DNA from: the human T2T-CHM13v2.0 reference genome, Homo sapiens | Reading direction: 5' to 3' (one strand) | NCBI RefSeq assembly: GCF_009914755.1 | Contig: NC_060947.1 | DNA length: 64,000 nucleotides | Part shown: positions 62,763 to 64,000 of the stretch, one piece after another | Numbering within the stretch: the stretch's first letter is position 1 | Layout: the number at the start of each line of letters is the position of its first letter | Program-made: the position numbers and the translations under genes | Notes under the pieces: model-generated | Told to the model about the DNA's origin: nothing | The model's database searches: none | What the model saw: only the letters and a program-made list of their open reading frames with translations

Positions 62763-63198
62763 TGTGACAGAGATAGCCAGCTGTCCACCAAAGATTGTGC
62801 TTCGCTTCTGTAAGTGTAGAGCTTTTGCTGGGAACCAACCATCTAGCTAGGGACTACATTTTCCACGGTCCTTATCTCAATGTTAGGCCACATGACTGGT
62901 TTTATGGCAATAGTAAGTGAGCAGAAATTATAGGTATCACTCAGAAGCTGAGACAGTTAAGTATTAGGTGTGCCTTCCTCATGCTCTCCTCCCCTTTCCT
63001 TGCAACCTTGGGACCTGTGTTGAAGGTGGCAACATTACAAGATAGTTGAAGCTACGTCTCTAAATGGCGACAGAAAGCAGAGTGGCCCAACCCTTGCAGA
63101 CCACATTGGACTGCCATGAGCTAGCATTAAATTTTTGTTATGTTATACTTTTAAGATTTTGAAGTTGTGCTATAGCAGTTAGCCCATCCTGACAATAT
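62763..63198 (+). mobile_element. MLT1J-like MaLR LTR
   Basis: tgtgacagagatagccagctgtccacc, gactacattttcc, ggccacatgactgg, end gcagttagcccatcctgacaata. Confidence 0.8.
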
Positions 63199-64000
63199 CT
63201 TAGGCCAAATATGCAGCCTAGTGTGGTCTCCAATAACCTTGCCTGAAGAGGCTCCAGTCAGCACCGTTTTGATCCATGCCGCCTGAATCTTTGCAGGAAT
63301 GTCAGGCTCCCCTTTCCGTTGCTGTATGTAAATAGGTGTTTAATCTCATCCCAAACACAGAACTTCAGATCCTCTCTCTGCCAGATGGCCAAGAACTTGA
63401 CATATGCTTTCCCAGCACTTTCTCTGCTTCAAATGACCTACACTAAAATCAACAACCAACTGTAGCTGAAAAATTTAGTGCCTTCAACCCATGTACCACC
63501 TCATGAATGGAACCCTGCAAGTTCTCTAACATGCCTCCTCAGTATAGGCTCCAAGTCATTTCTTTGAAAAGTATACATATTCTTTAGCATCTTCATGCCA
63601 CTCTTTAAACTCCTTTCTTAGGAGGTGATTTGCTGCCGTATGTCCTCTCCAACATACCCATCCCCAAACAGCCCACAAAACCCCAGAGTTTTTGGTACCT
63701 GGTAGCATCCAACATAGGCTGTGTCCTTTGTTCTGTCACCTGCCTCAGGCTCCTGTGTCCCACAGGCTCCAATGTCTACTTGGCTCTTCCTGTCAATTCC
63801 ACCATATTCCTCAGGGAATATGAAAGGTCTCTGCTCTCCAGAAGCAAACCTCTTAAATTTCTGTGTCTGTCTGATTTCCTGAGGGGAATTTTAGGCTTGA
63901 ACAACCCTGGAAAATCTCCAATGCAAATAGAGTCCCAGCTCCTTGGTGAAGCCCCCATTCCCACGCATGACCCTCCTCCAGGGACTTTAATGCTGAGACT
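63199..64000 (-). mobile_element. Gypsy internal fossil: PNMA-like gag capsid region (MamGypsy-type), runs off the window end
   Basis: Five collinear frameshifted minus-strand blocks resembling the PNMA capsid domain (see findings). Confidence 0.75.

Overview
Primate (very likely human) genomic DNA with no recognisable protein-coding exon, RNA gene or CRISPR array; it reads as intergenic or deep intronic. Bases 1-24,300 are almost all nested retroelements. An old minus-strand L1M (~97-15,045) hosts an MSTA LTR, an L1PA13-16 3' end, a 5'-truncated L1PA3-like copy with a 663-aa open ORF2 segment, an L1MB, a MER2 and ten Alus. An inverted, full-length but inactivated L1PA4/5 follows (18,155-24,315). 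Bases 24,300-64,000 are GC-richer and hold ancient repeats (MIR, L2, L3/CR1, MLT1, LTR16/LTR50-like, MER91A, MER30, MADE2, MER94, Tigger) between unique stretches, several with enhancer-like motif clusters. The most notable observation is a decayed Ty3/Gypsy PNMA-like gag-zinc knuckle-protease fossil on the minus strand at ~62,100-64,000, split by an MLT1 LTR and not evident from the ORF track. Also notable are shared non-consensus variants between the two inverted L1PA copies and several odd micro-insertions. Repeat subfamily names come from recalled consensus sequences, not a database search, and boundaries of old repeats are approximate.
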